Below are positions 20,411-31,554 of a stretch of 64,000 nucleotides of DNA, piece by piece; within the stretch, counting starts at the first letter, position 1; every line of letters begins with the position of its first letter. The notes beneath the pieces are model-generated. The model did no database searches, was not told the DNA's origin, and worked only from the letters and a program-made list of their open reading frames with translations. A program made the translations under genes and the position numbers. Location: NCBI GenBank assembly GCA_965238005.1, contig OZ250165.1, forward strand, positions 288,001 through 352,000, written 5' to 3'. The DNA comes from Longimicrobiales bacterium. Lineage in GTDB: Bacteria; Gemmatimonadota; Gemmatimonadetes; Longimicrobiales; Gaopeijiaceae.

Positions 20411-21397
20411 TCAGTTGGCTTCCACAAAACTCTTTAAGCTATTCAACAAATTATCTTCCACTTCAATTTCGCCACTATCAAGCAGTTTGGATCTGATCTT
20501 ATCTCCACGCTCCCCTGGAATCATCACTTCTTCCACGCCGTCGAGCTTCTTTGCTTGTTTTATTGCCTTGGTCATTTTTGTCGTTTCTTCGATAAACCTC
20601 TGCATTCCTATCATAGATTCGGGGTCGATCGCAATTACGACATTTCCATCATGGTCGCTTTCATTCAAGAAGTCCCCGCCAACCAAGGCTCCTCCTATGA
20701 TCTGAACCATCAAGGCAAGTCCGGCGCCCTTGAATCCCTTATCAAACGGCCTGATGGCCCCTTCCATAATTTCAGAAGGATTTGTTGTTTCGTTCCCTTC
20801 CTTGTCATAACCGAGCCCTTCAGCGACTCGGACTCCTTGGGTTTTTGCTTCTATCAAACCAAAATAGGATATGCCTGATGATGACATATCCAAGACGATC
20901 GGTTCGGCATCGGTAGGAACACCCCAAGCTATCGGATTGGTACAAAATAAAGGTTCATAAGAGCCGCTGGGAGGTACCATTCCGTAAGGGTAACTCGACA
21001 TAGTAATGCCAACTAAACCCGCGTCCGCAATCCTTCGTGACCAGTAGCCGATCGCGCCAGAGGATCCATGACCCGTATGTGTCCCCACTATTGCTATGCC
21101 CATTTCTTTGGCCTTTTCTATTACCATGTCTACGGCTTGTACCATGGCGATAGCTTCCATTGAGAGATTTGCGTTGATTATTGCAGTGGTGGGAGTGTTC
21201 TTTTCTATCGTTGGTGTTTGTGCCCTTTCATGCTTTGGCATTCCTTCACCGATCAATTTGACGATGCCTTGATCGTTGCCCCTCAGTTGAGCATACATGA
21301 GCATGTCCAATATTATTTCGGCTTCTGCCTCTGAGTAGCCATACTTGAGAATTGCTTTGCGGGACAGTTCGCTTAGTTCTTGGATTGAGATTCTCAC
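20411..21397 (-). CDS. Ldh_2-family (malate/L-sulfolactate dehydrogenase-like) oxidoreductase
   Basis: QLRGNDQGI, TNPIAWG, VLDMSSS, FKGAGLALMVQI, IPGE; lower GC than flanks. Confidence 0.9.
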   Translation of the reverse strand: MRISIQELSELSRKAILKYGYSEAEAEIILDMLMYAQLRGNDQGIVKLIGEGMPKHERAQTPTIEKNTPTTAIINANLSMEAIAMVQAVDMVIEKAKEMGIAIVGTHTGHGSSGAIGYWSRRIADAGLVGITMSSYPYGMVPPSGSYEPLFCTNPIAWGVPTDAEPIVLDMSSSGISYFGLIEAKTQGVRVAEGLGYDKEGNETTNPSEIMEGAIRPFDKGFKGAGLALMVQIIGGALVGGDFLNESDHDGNVVIAIDPESMIGMQRFIEETTKMTKAIKQAKKLDGVEEVMIPGERGDKIRSKLLDSGEIEVEDNLLNSLKSFVEAN

Positions 21398-21582
21398 ACT
21401 ACCTCCTTGGCTAATTGTCGACCCTTATGAGCCGATCCAAACCCATTACGGCTTTCGCTCCGCGTTCGCTACTCGTCCCCCTCGGTACAAAGTGAAGCCC
21501 GTGGCCCGACCCCCCTGGACGACAAATTTCAGGCGAATGTTCGCATCGGAGGAAAGCAGGAATACGTGATCGCCGCGGCGCT

Positions 21583-22575
21583 TCAGTCGAATGGGGTTTT
21601 GCCCTGGACAGCGCGCGAAGAGCTGATCGTCTGCAGAGTAAACAGAGAAGTCGCAAGACGGGTTAGTTCATAGACCCCTTCGTACACTGCGCGCTCTTCA
21701 TCCGAGAGTATCTCGCCGTCGCGGATGCGGACACTCTGGACGAGCGACCGGATCGATTCTACCACGAGATCCGGCTCCTCCATATGAATGTTGTGACCGC
21801 TTTGGGTTACGACATGCGCTCCCTGAGTGGTGTGTCCGAAGAACTCACTCTGCAACCTGCGCGAGAGCTGCCGACCGGCCTCGGTTTGGACGACCGATGT
21901 GGATTCAGGGTCAGTCTGGAGGGATGTGAGAACGACGGTCGGCACGTTCGGAAGAGGATAGGCCTCGGGGAGGGCTCCTCGAAGCATATTCGGCCAAAGG
22001 TCAATCCACTCCTGTGTTCGCCCCTCCCCAGGTCGAGCGACTTGCAATGAGTCAATGAACTGTTTGGTGTCCGCGAGCGAGCCCGGCGATAGGGCATCGA
22101 ATTCCAGCCACCCACGCTCGTGTGGGGAATCCACTAGGAGGAGACCCGCGACTTGATCAGGGTACTGTGCCGCAAAAACCCGCATGTAAAGGCCGCCGAG
22201 CGAGTGGCCGACCAAGACATAGGGCGGGGCGGCATCGATCGCTTTCAGAAGCGCGTGCAACTCTGATGTGATCTGAAGTGGCGTGCGCCGCGTGGAAGGG
22301 GCGTCCGAATTCCCGTAGCCAGCACGGGAATAGCTGACAACCCTCGTAAGTGGGGCGATGGAGTCCATGATCGGAATCCAATTCCTCCAATCAAGACCGC
22401 TCCCCGCCTCCACGACGACGACGGGCTGCCCCTGCCCTCGTTGGACTACCTCAAGGCGCTGGCCATCGACGTCCACAAGTCGAGGAGATTCGTCCGCACT
22501 CTGAGCCACACACACGTGAGGTATCAAGAGTGCCGCCGCAGCCAAGCATGGTCTGCGGGTCATTGAAACCTCCAA
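21583..22575 (-). CDS. Secreted alpha/beta hydrolase
   Basis: YSRAGYG, GHSLGG, SGHNIH; C-terminus possibly truncated or fused. Confidence 0.85.
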   Translation of the reverse strand: MEVSMTRRPCLAAAALLIPHVCVAQSADESPRLVDVDGQRLEVVQRGQGQPVVVVEAGSGLDWRNWIPIMDSIAPLTRVVSYSRAGYGNSDAPSTRRTPLQITSELHALLKAIDAAPPYVLVGHSLGGLYMRVFAAQYPDQVAGLLLVDSPHERGWLEFDALSPGSLADTKQFIDSLQVARPGEGRTQEWIDLWPNMLRGALPEAYPLPNVPTVVLTSLQTDPESTSVVQTEAGRQLSRRLQSEFFGHTTQGAHVVTQSGHNIHMEEPDLVVESIRSLVQSVRIRDGEILSDEERAVYEGVYELTRLATSLFTLQTISSSRAVQGKTPFD

Positions 22576-22775
22576 TGATTGGGATGGCCATCACGTGACC
22601 GCGCGGTCAACCCGTGATTGTACTGCGACGCTAATATGTGCTGCGGAGCTTGGAGGTGCGACTCCGCTGCAAGGCTGCTACAGCCTCGTCCCAACCAGTC
22701 CGTAGGATTCGCTGGATCGACTCACCAGCGGAAACGCTTCAGGCCGTTCGATCCTGGTTGGACCTCAAGCTGGCT

Positions 22776-22864
22776 TCATGAGCCTCGTGGGGCTTCTTGC
22801 TGCGCTCGGCCCCGCACGTCGTGGGCCCCGGATCGAGCCGATAGAGGCGCTGAAGGGGGAGTAG
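22776..22864 (+). pseudogene. ABC permease (FtsX-like) C-terminal stump
   Basis: MSLVGLLA..PARRGPRIEPIEALKGE* resembles the PARRAxRIxPxEAL terminus. Confidence 0.5.
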
Positions 22865-23006
22865 TCTTCTCGTATCGGGTGCTGCGACCCCGGTCCGGAC
22901 ACACCTCTCCTGGGGAGCAACTTTAGGCTGATTTCTTGTTACAAGCTTTCCAATGGGCGATGGCTTCAGCGCGCTCGTGCGACCGGGGAATTCGGTAACT
23001 GAAATT

Positions 23007-23597
23007 TCATGGTGTTAGTATGAATAAATTGGCAGGCATTGGATAGAAAAACGGTTGTTTGGAGAATGGAAATTCAAACCGGGAAATTGGCTGTGCATTG
23101 ACACTAGAAAAATTGGCCTTGAAAATATCAACCCACTCCTTTTCTTGATGGAAATTTCCGCGACCCCACTTGGAAGACTCATGCAGATTTGCAAGTTTCC
23201 AATCGAATTGATTTTTGGGTGTATCTTCAAATATGAGAACTGATTTGCGACTTACACGCTGAATTTCTTCCAATGTCTCTAAATAATTTGGGATATGATG
23301 TAACACAAAAGCGCAAATAATCACATCAAATGAATTGTCAGGGAATGGGAATCTTCCTCCATCGTAAATTGTTGGTTGAAAGAATTTTCCTTCGTTGACC
23401 ACATCTAACCCAGTTATTTCGTATCCCATGGTTTGCAAGCGTTTTGTAAGACAACAATCCGCACATCCTACGTCCAAAATTTTATCCGATTTGCTGAGAT
23501 GAGGGAGTATCCTGGACATCCTCAATTGGGTGTATCTCCAATGGGGGTATTTCCAAAAAAAGCACAGTACCAAAACAATAAATATTACTAGGTACAT
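23007..23597 (-). CDS. Class I SAM-dependent methyltransferase
   Basis: ILDVGC, FPFPDNSFD, FVLHH; strongly AT-rich. Confidence 0.88.
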   Translation of the reverse strand: MYLVIFIVLVLCFFWKYPHWRYTQLRMSRILPHLSKSDKILDVGCADCCLTKRLQTMGYEITGLDVVNEGKFFQPTIYDGGRFPFPDNSFDVIICAFVLHHIPNYLETLEEIQRVSRKSVLIFEDTPKNQFDWKLANLHESSKWGRGNFHQEKEWVDIFKANFSSVNAQPISRFEFPFSKQPFFYPMPANLFILTP

Positions 23598-24199
23598 CTT
23601 ATTTATACTTTTCTGTGTTTAGATTTGATCGATCGGTGGATGGCGACAAAGCCCTCCCAACGCGTCTCTGTTGGTTGAAGCGATTCACGCGCAACGGGAA
23701 CAGCTCGGTTTGCCGGAATTTCCCAGCTACTGGACACGCGACGGAGGTGACGGGTTCTCGGCAACGATGTGGAATATGAAGGAGGACTCGTATGGATTCG
23801 GGATCGATCAGGACTTCCGTTGGAGATGTGTTGAAGTTTAAACATTTGGTGGGGCTGTCAAGGCTCGGTCTGGATGATGAGTATTCGGATGCGGCCTGGA
23901 TTGTGTTTCAAACGCGCGAATTGATGAGACAATTGTAAAGAACGGATTTTTTGCTCTTGTGTTCAACGTCAAATGAAGATGGAAAGTGTTAGGTCGAGTG
24001 CGGGCTTCCAATTGAATTCCGCCTTGCAGCTTGTGAGTCTTCAAACCCGAACTCCCCTTATGTGCTCAAGTGATCGAGCCATCGCCGAAGGACCGGAATC
24101 GGGTTGTCGTCCCGTTCGCGATCCCAGTAGACAAGTACATCGGCAGTTAGGACCGCATCGTCTCGGTGACCGCCACGGGGTCATGGACTCGCTGAGCTG

Positions 24200-25321
24200 A
24201 TGTCGACGGATCGTCACCTCCGCATCGTAGCGCACAACGGGGCGCCGGAGTGGGGCGGAGCGGAGATCGCTCTGGCCGACCTCCTGGCCGGGCTCTCCGA
24301 GCGCGGCCACAACGTCACGCTCTTCTGCAACCGGCCGCTGGTAGCGGAAAGGGCGACGGCCAGGGGTGTCGAGACGCGGCTCCTGCGGCTGGGGGGCGAC
24401 GTGGCGCTGCACGACGCCCTCCGGCTGAACCGCGAGCTCCGGCGTGAACGGCCCCACGCGCTCGTGGTCGGCACGTTCCGGAAGCTCTGGTTGGCCGCGC
24501 TGGCCGGCCGCATGGCCAAGGTGCCCCGGGTCGTGGCCAGGATCGGGCTCTCGACGGACACGCCCCGGAGTGCCAAGTACCGCTTCGTCCTGAAGCGCTG
24601 GGTGGGCCGGGTCGTCTTCGTGGCCGACTCGATGCGCGAGGCGTACGGTCGCGCCATGCCCGAACTCGAAGACCGGTACGTTACGATCTACAAGGGGCTG
24701 CCCCCGCTGGGCGCGGCCACGCCCCGAGTCGAGGCCCGTAGGGCTCTGGGCGTGCCCACGGAGGGCATGCTGGTGGGTGGGGTGGGCCGGCTGGTGCCCC
24801 AGAAGCGCTTCGACCGGTTCCTGGATGTGGTGGCCGCACTGGACCGGCCCGTGCACGCGGTGCTGGCAGGCGACGGGCCGCTGCGGGAGGAACTCGAGAG
24901 TCGCGCCGGAGCTGTCGGCCTCAGCGACCGGGTCCGTTTCCTCGGACACCGCGACGACGTGGCGCTCGTCATGGACGCCCTCGACTTGCTCCTCATCACC
25001 TCGGACCGGGAGGGCATGGCCGGTGCCATGCTGGAGGCCCTCTCGCGGGGCGTACCGGTGGTGTCGACCGACGTGTCGGGGGCCAGGGAAGGATTGGAGG
25101 CCGGCCCCGGAAGCGAGGCACCGGGATTGATCACGGGCCACGAGACCCACCAGATCACGGCAGCCGTGGCGCGTCTCCTGGGCGACGCTGCTCTCCGCGC
25201 GACCATGGGCCGAGCGGCACGCGAGCGCTACCGCGAGCGCTTCTCGTTCGATCGGATGCTGGACGCATGGGAGGCGGTGTTGGGCGGGGAGACCTACCTC
25301 CAGCCCCCCCCCACCGGCTGA
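24200..25321 (+). CDS. GT4-family glycosyltransferase
   Basis: WGGAE, VGRLVPQK, GDGP, SDREG...LEAL. Confidence 0.92.
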   Translation: MSTDRHLRIVAHNGAPEWGGAEIALADLLAGLSERGHNVTLFCNRPLVAERATARGVETRLLRLGGDVALHDALRLNRELRRERPHALVVGTFRKLWLAALAGRMAKVPRVVARIGLSTDTPRSAKYRFVLKRWVGRVVFVADSMREAYGRAMPELEDRYVTIYKGLPPLGAATPRVEARRALGVPTEGMLVGGVGRLVPQKRFDRFLDVVAALDRPVHAVLAGDGPLREELESRAGAVGLSDRVRFLGHRDDVALVMDALDLLLITSDREGMAGAMLEALSRGVPVVSTDVSGAREGLEAGPGSEAPGLITGHETHQITAAVARLLGDAALRATMGRAARERYRERFSFDRMLDAWEAVLGGETYLQPPPTG

Positions 25322-25330
25322 CGGCGCCTC

Positions 25331-25540
25331 TCAGCGCCGGCGCTGCAGCTCGTCCCGTTCGTCGTCGTCATCGTCGTGGTCCTCGTCCCGTTCGTGGTCC
25401 TCGCCAACCGCGCCATCCCGCTCCGCCGGACCGGAGGTCACGTACGCCTGCACCGCCCCGTGGGTGTAGACGAGCGCTCCTCCCGTGTGACCCACTTCGG
25501 CCCCCGCCGCCAGCAGTCCGAGCGTCAAACCCTGCTGGGC
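25331..25540 (-). pseudogene. C-terminal stump of a DUF2231-like membrane protein
   Basis: VGHTGGALVYTHGA plus acidic His-rich tail; no 5' part. Confidence 0.55.
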
Positions 25541-25543
25541 GGA

Positions 25544-25984
25544 CACGTGATCTTCGAGCTCGTCATGATCGGCGTGAGTCTGGGTGCCGCGGTGTACCTC
25601 GGCAGGCAGTGGTACCAGGCGAACACGTTCGCGCGCCAGCTCACGCTCACCGTGGCGGCCAGCCGGGCCGAGCGAGACGCGTGGCGACAGCGAGCGCAGC
25701 GGGTGCTCGACGGGCTCGGTAAGGTAATGAGCGCTCAGTTCGAGTCATGGGCGCTGACGCCGACCGAACGCGAGACGGCGCTGATGCTGCTCAAGGGCCA
25801 CAGCCACAAGCGCATCGGCAAGCTCACGGGCCCGAGCGAGCGGACCATCCGGCAGCACGCGGTCTCCGTATACCGGAAGTCTGGCCTGGCAGGGCGCGCC
25901 GAGCTGGCGGGGTTCTTCCTGGGAGATCTGGTCCTTCCGGAGAGCCACCCGCTCCCGGATCCGTCGGTCGGCGAAAGGGCCTGA
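25544..25984 (+). pseudogene. Membrane-anchored LuxR-type HTH regulator, 5'-truncated
   Basis: WALTPTERETALMLLKG...SERTIRQHAVSVYRKSG. Confidence 0.75.
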
Positions 25985-26018
25985 CGAGCGATGTCCGAAT
26001 CCACGAGCGCGCTGGCTG

Positions 26019-27428
26019 CTACGCTCTCCGCTCCCAGGGCCCGGTGATCGCCACGGTGAGACCCTGAAGCTGCATATTCACGAACAGCGTCGTGCCGTCC
26101 GGTGAGAAGCACGACCCGGCGAACTCGCCGATCCCCGCCTGATTGTGGCCGAACTTATACGTCTCACCCGCGGGCGTGACACCGAAGAGATAGTCGTCTC
26201 CGATGCCGTCTTCGCACACGATCAGGTCGCCCCACGGGGCGCCGGTCAGGTTGTCGGCGTTTTCGACCAGGGTGCCTTCGTTGGGCTCGATGAAGAGCTC
26301 TACGGTGCCGGGCTCCTCGGACTCGCGCGACGTGCCCTCGTACGGGCTGGGCACATAGCGCCAGATCTGACCCTTTCTCGTATCACCGCCGTTCGTGCAG
26401 GCGAAATACACCGCGTTGTTGGCCCACCACATCCCCTCACCCCGCGCGAAGCGGGCGGCCCCGGCCTCGAAGCCCCGTAAGCGCAGGTCGTTGTCCGGCG
26501 ATTCCACGTCGCTCATGTCGATCCAGCCCACCGCGCGGGGCGAGCCGGGCAAGACGGTCTGTCCCTCCCAGTTTCGCGTGTCCATCGAAGGCTGATCGAG
26601 GATGCGGAGCGCTTGCAGGCGGCCGCCGGCCGCAATTTCGCCCGGGCGGTCCGGAATGAAGCGATAGATCAGTCCGTCCCACTGGTCTTCGGTTTGGTAC
26701 ACGATGCCGGACGCGGGGTGCACCGCCACGGCCTCGTGCTTGAAGCGTCCCATCGCTCTGAGGGGAACGGGCGTGACGACCCCTCCGTCCCAGGTCGCAG
26801 GCACCTCGAAGTTGTAGCCGTGATCCTCGAGGCGACCCTCGCCCACCTTATTCAGCGTCTCCTCGCAGCTGATCCAGCTTCCCCAGGGGGTCGGGCCTCC
26901 GGCGCAGTTAACGAGCGTGCCCGCGAGGCTCAGCCGGTGCCCGACCAGGTGCTGCTCGCGCGTGTCGAACAGGAGCGTCGTAGTTCCGCCCAGCGCCGGC
27001 CGCCCGCTCGCTCCGATGTCGTAGACCGTCCCCGGATCGAGGCGCTCGAGAAGCTCGTTATCGCGCCCAAACGGCCCCAACCGCCCAGGGGCACCCCAGT
27101 TCATCTCGTGATTGCGTACCAGGAGTGTGGATCCGTCGGGCCCGGGGAACGCGGCCATCCCGTCGTGTCTGGACAGCACGTAGAAACCGTCGTTCATGCG
27201 CTCGCCTGCACGAGAGATGATCGTGTACCTAAAGCCTTCCGGCAGAGCAAGCAGGCCCTCAGGGTCGTACACCAGGGGGCCGAAGCCGAGGACAGGTGCG
27301 GGAAGAAGGCCGTCCAGGCCACAGGAACGCTTCAGACCCGCGAGGCCCAGCGAGATGCCCGCGGCGGCTCCGAAGAAGCTCCTCCGCGAAAGGGTCGACT
27401 GCGACGCGGTCCCGGGGCGACGTGGCAT
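26019..27428 (-). CDS. PhoX-family alkaline phosphatase (DUF839), Tat-exported
   Basis: SRRSFF, HDGMAAF, RNHE, NCAGGPTPWGSWISCEE, GRFKHEA, DNL, CED. Confidence 0.92.
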   Translation of the reverse strand: MPRRPGTASQSTLSRRSFFGAAAGISLGLAGLKRSCGLDGLLPAPVLGFGPLVYDPEGLLALPEGFRYTIISRAGERMNDGFYVLSRHDGMAAFPGPDGSTLLVRNHEMNWGAPGRLGPFGRDNELLERLDPGTVYDIGASGRPALGGTTTLLFDTREQHLVGHRLSLAGTLVNCAGGPTPWGSWISCEETLNKVGEGRLEDHGYNFEVPATWDGGVVTPVPLRAMGRFKHEAVAVHPASGIVYQTEDQWDGLIYRFIPDRPGEIAAGGRLQALRILDQPSMDTRNWEGQTVLPGSPRAVGWIDMSDVESPDNDLRLRGFEAGAARFARGEGMWWANNAVYFACTNGGDTRKGQIWRYVPSPYEGTSRESEEPGTVELFIEPNEGTLVENADNLTGAPWGDLIVCEDGIGDDYLFGVTPAGETYKFGHNQAGIGEFAGSCFSPDGTTLFVNMQLQGLTVAITGPWERRA

Positions 27429-27939
27429 GGTGTCTCGGTAACTAGGGGGTCGAAAGTGGAGGGCAACCTGACGCTCCCACCGATATTTGACCAGGGGCCC
27501 TCGCGCGCGCGCCTCGTGGGTACCGCACCCGCTCACCTACCAACGCCGCTAACGATCCGGCGACGTAGCGGCAGGCCCCGCGTGCCCCCCGGGACGGTGC
27601 TTGACCAACGGCGGATTGGCGAGCGTGGTCGGTCTCGATCGCATCAACGGGGACCACCAGAGCGTCCACCATCGCGCAGAGCTCGTCGATACAGGCCTGC
27701 GCATCGATTTGCACCGACGAAGGCAAGCTCGCTCTGCCGACTCGCACGGCGAGGTAGCTGCGACCCTCGAAGCCCCACGTGTACCATCGAATATCAGGTG
27801 TCGGGCCGCATCTTGCCGCCCTTTTCGCGAGCCTGTCCGTCACAGAGAGTCTCCCTTCCCGCGGTCTTTGTTCCCGACCGTCGACATACGTATTACCATT
27901 CCCCCTCGAACACGTGCGGATTCCAAGGAGGCGATCGTG

Positions 27940-30210
27940 ATGCCATCGAGAAGATGCGGATGTCGACTGATACTCGCAGCGTTTTTCTGCAGCGTAGTGG
28001 TCGCGCCTCTCTACGGCCAGGTGCCGGCGGCGCTTCAAGATCGGTTGGAGCGGATCTTCGACAGCGAAGATTTCTCATCCGCAAGCTTTGGCCCGGCGCG
28101 GTGGCTGGACGATGGCGACGCCTATACGACGGTCGAGCCGTCCGAGACCGTCGAGGACGCGCACGACATCGTGCGTTATGACACCGAGACCGGCACACGG
28201 CAGGTGCTCGTATCGGCTAGCGCGCTTCTCCCGCCGGACGCGGCACGACCACTCGAGATCGACGGCTACGAGTGGTCAGAAGATCGCGCACGGCTGCTCG
28301 TGTTCACCAACACCGTCCGCGTTTGGCGGCGGAACACGCGCGGCGACTACTGGGTCCTCGATGTCGCGAGCGGCGCGCTCCGGAAGCTCGGTGGGGTAGC
28401 CCCGCCCTCCTCACTCATGTTCGCCAAGTTCTCGCCCGACGGAACGCGGGTCGCCTATGTCGTGGCCAACAACTTGTATGTCGAGAATGTGGCGACCGGT
28501 TCGGTCACGCCGCTGAGCGAGAGCGGCTCGCCGACGATGATTTTCGGCACGTCGGACTGGGTCTACGAAGAGGAGTTCGGGCTTCGCGACGCCTTTCGGT
28601 GGAGCCCCGACGGCAAACGCATCGCCTTTTGGAATTTCGACGCCGAAGGCATCGGCGAGTTCACTATCATTAATAATACCGACGAGCTCTACCCGAGCTT
28701 GCTGCGCATTCCCTACCCCAAAGCGGGGACGACCAACTCCGCCGTGCGCATTGGGGTCGTGAGCGCGGAGGGCGGTGAGATGGCGTGGATGAAGGTGCCG
28801 GGCGATCCGCGCAACAGCTATGTGGCCAAGATGGAGTGGGCCGATGAGAACCACCTCGTCCTTCAGCATTTGAATCGCCTTCAGAACACGAACGAGGTGC
28901 TGCTCGCCGACGCGACGACCGGTGACGTCGTCCTCATCCATGAGGATCGCAACGACACTTGGGTCGAGGTCGTCCAGCGCATGGATTGGACCGCAGACGG
29001 TGAAGAGCTCGTGTGGCTCAGCGAAAAAAGCGGTTTTCGTCAGGCCTACGCTGTTCGCCGAGAAGTCGGGGCGGAGCGGCTCATCACGCGCTTCGAAGGT
29101 GATGTGATCCGACCGCTGGGGCTCGACTCGGCCGGAGAGTGGTTCTTTTTCATCGCATCGCCCGAGAGCGCGACCGAGAGCTATCTGTTTCGCTCGAGCA
29201 TCGAAGGCGGAGCACCTCCGGAGCGGCTGACGCCGCGCGACGAGACCGGGACCCACGGCTACGATCTGTCGCCGAACGGCCGATGGGCGTTTCATACGTT
29301 CTCGAGCTTCGACGAGCCACCCCGGATCGATCTCGTTCGACTTCCCGATCACACCTCCATGAGAACCCTCGAAGACAATGCGGCCCTGCGAGCGGCGCTC
29401 GAGGGTGTTCTCGACCCGCCCGTCTCGATGTTCGAGCTCGAGATCGAACCGGGCGTCACGCTCGATGCGTGGATACTCAAACCCGCCGATTTCGACGCCA
29501 GCAAGCAATACCCGCTCCTCGTCTACGTCTACGGCGAGCCCGCGGGGCAAACCGTTCTCAATCGATGGTTTGGCGCCCGCTCCTTGTTCCATCGCGCGCT
29601 CGCCAATGCCGGCTTCATCGTGGCGAGCTTCGACAACCGTGGGACCCCCGCCGCAAAAGGCGTGGCGTGGCGCAAGATCGTCTACGGGACCGTGGGAGAT
29701 CTTTCGTCGAGAGAGCAAGCCGCCGCGGTCCAGGCGCTCGTCAAGCAACGCTCCTACATCGACGGGAGCCGCGTCGCTATCTGGGGGTGGAGCGGCGGCG
29801 GGTCGAACACCTTGAACGCGATGTTCCGCTTCCCCGACATCTTCCACGTCGGCATCTCGGTTGCACCCGTGCCCGATCAAAGGCTCTATGACACGATCTA
29901 TCAAGAGCGTTATATGGGGCTCCCGCAAGAAAACGCCGAAGGCTACCGCCTAGGCTCGCCCATCTATTTCGCTGAAGGCCTGAAAGGCAAACTCCTGATC
30001 GTTCACGGCACGGCGGACGACAACGTGCACTATCAAGGAACGGAGCGACTCGTGAACCGGTTCGTCGAGCTCGGAAAGCCGTTCGATCTCATGGTCTACC
30101 CCAACCGATCGCATGCTATCAGCGAGGGCGACGGTACGACGCTCCACATCTACAGCCTCATCGCGCGCTACTTGCTCCAAACGGGGTGGCTGGATTCGAG
30201 CGACGGATAA
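27940..30210 (+). CDS. S9B dipeptidyl peptidase IV
   Basis: DWVYEEE, GWSGGG, HGTADDNVH, HAI. Confidence 0.95.
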   Translation: MPSRRCGCRLILAAFFCSVVVAPLYGQVPAALQDRLERIFDSEDFSSASFGPARWLDDGDAYTTVEPSETVEDAHDIVRYDTETGTRQVLVSASALLPPDAARPLEIDGYEWSEDRARLLVFTNTVRVWRRNTRGDYWVLDVASGALRKLGGVAPPSSLMFAKFSPDGTRVAYVVANNLYVENVATGSVTPLSESGSPTMIFGTSDWVYEEEFGLRDAFRWSPDGKRIAFWNFDAEGIGEFTIINNTDELYPSLLRIPYPKAGTTNSAVRIGVVSAEGGEMAWMKVPGDPRNSYVAKMEWADENHLVLQHLNRLQNTNEVLLADATTGDVVLIHEDRNDTWVEVVQRMDWTADGEELVWLSEKSGFRQAYAVRREVGAERLITRFEGDVIRPLGLDSAGEWFFFIASPESATESYLFRSSIEGGAPPERLTPRDETGTHGYDLSPNGRWAFHTFSSFDEPPRIDLVRLPDHTSMRTLEDNAALRAALEGVLDPPVSMFELEIEPGVTLDAWILKPADFDASKQYPLLVYVYGEPAGQTVLNRWFGARSLFHRALANAGFIVASFDNRGTPAAKGVAWRKIVYGTVGDLSSREQAAAVQALVKQRSYIDGSRVAIWGWSGGGSNTLNAMFRFPDIFHVGISVAPVPDQRLYDTIYQERYMGLPQENAEGYRLGSPIYFAEGLKGKLLIVHGTADDNVHYQGTERLVNRFVELGKPFDLMVYPNRSHAISEGDGTTLHIYSLIARYLLQTGWLDSSDG

Positions 30211-30218
30211 AGGAATTC

Positions 30219-30303
30219 TGTCGAGATTCTCGCCCCTATCGGAGCTGGAGGCATGGGTGAGGTCTACCGAGCCCGGATACGAAGCTCAAGCGGGAGGTGG
30301 CGG
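30219..30303 (+). pseudogene. Ser/Thr kinase glycine-loop stump
   Basis: EILAPIGAGGMGEVYRAR / TKLKREVA. Confidence 0.75.
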
Positions 30304-30314
30304 GCTCCGCCCCA

Positions 30315-30542
30315 GGGCATCTTCGGGTTCGATCAGACCGATGGGTTCGACCCCGCCGATCCGGAACCCATTCCCGACCACGCTTCGCGCGGTGCCCTCG
30401 AGTTCGATCAGTCGCTGCCAGACTGAGAGCACACCCCCATGCCTCTGTCCCTCCGGTTTGAGGGTCCACCCCGCTCACCCGTCGCCGCCCATCCACACAT
30501 GCGTTCCTCCCATTCGAGCATCGCGAATGCCCGAGCGCACGC
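30315..30542 (+). mobile_element. IS91-like remnant (transposase stop region plus 3' flank)
   Basis: Matches 63111-63221 (FDQT..FDPADPEPIPD..FDQSLPD*) and 16621-16735. Confidence 0.8.
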
Positions 30543-30955
30543 GTCACAAGGAACAATCGATGCGTGCAAGTCTGAAGCGACTCATACGCCTGCACCGCCT
30601 ACTACTCGCCCTCATCGCCGTGGCCGCAGCTTGTCAGCCCCGCACGAGTCGGGTAGCGACGTAGACCAGCAGGACGCCCACGAGAGCGTTCACCCTCCCG
30701 AGCCAGACTGCGGTGGGCAGCGAGAGGAAGGCGCTCAACACGAGCGCCTTCGGGAAGTGTCTAATCAACGGCATCGGTCGAGTCGCCTGCGGTCGGAGGT
30801 GTCATACGGGAGGAAATCCTATTAGCCCTAGGGACTAGGAGGACAAGGATGGCATGGCGAGTGATCTCTAACACGTCTTGGGCACGCCCAGGAATGATCA
30901 TCGAGTTCATCGTGACGATGGGGCACCATCAACGACGCATTCATCGGAGGGATTG

Positions 30956-31554
30956 ATGAGGGTCTTGGTTGTGGGAGCATCGGGGACTATCGGCCGCGCG
31001 ATCGTCGCGGAGCTAGGGCAGCGTCATGAGGTCATCGCGGCCGGGCGATCGTCCGGTGAGTTGCAGACGGACATCACTGACCGCACGGCGATTCGGACGA
31101 TGTTCGAGAGGGCCGGGTCGGTTGATGCTCTCGTCTCCGCTACCGGAAAGGTCAAGTTCGCTCCGTTCGAAAACATGGTGGCGGAAGACTACGAGATCGG
31201 CTTGAAGGACAAGCTCATGGGACAGATCAATCTCGTTCTGATCGGTCGCGACTACCTGTCGGACGGGGGTCGTTCACGCTCACGACCGGCGTTCTCGACA
31301 GCGATCCGATTCGGCAGGGCACATCAGCCTCAATGGTGAATGGCGCGATCAACGCGTTCGTCGCAGCAGCAGCAATCGAGATGCCGCGAGGGCAACGCAT
31401 CAACGTCGTGAGTCCGGGAGTTATCGAAGAGGCGATGGAGATCTACACCCCGTTCTTCCGAGGCTTTGAGCCTGTCCCGGCGGCTCGTGGCGCGCTTGCG
31501 TACGCCAAGAGTGTCGAGGGCGCTCAAACTGGCCGGGTGTATCGTGTGCTCTAG
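30956..31554 (+). pseudogene. Short-chain dehydrogenase, frameshift near the G-run at 31265
   Basis: VVGASGTIG, KLMGQINLV, RINVVSPG, YAKSVEG in two frames. Confidence 0.85.
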
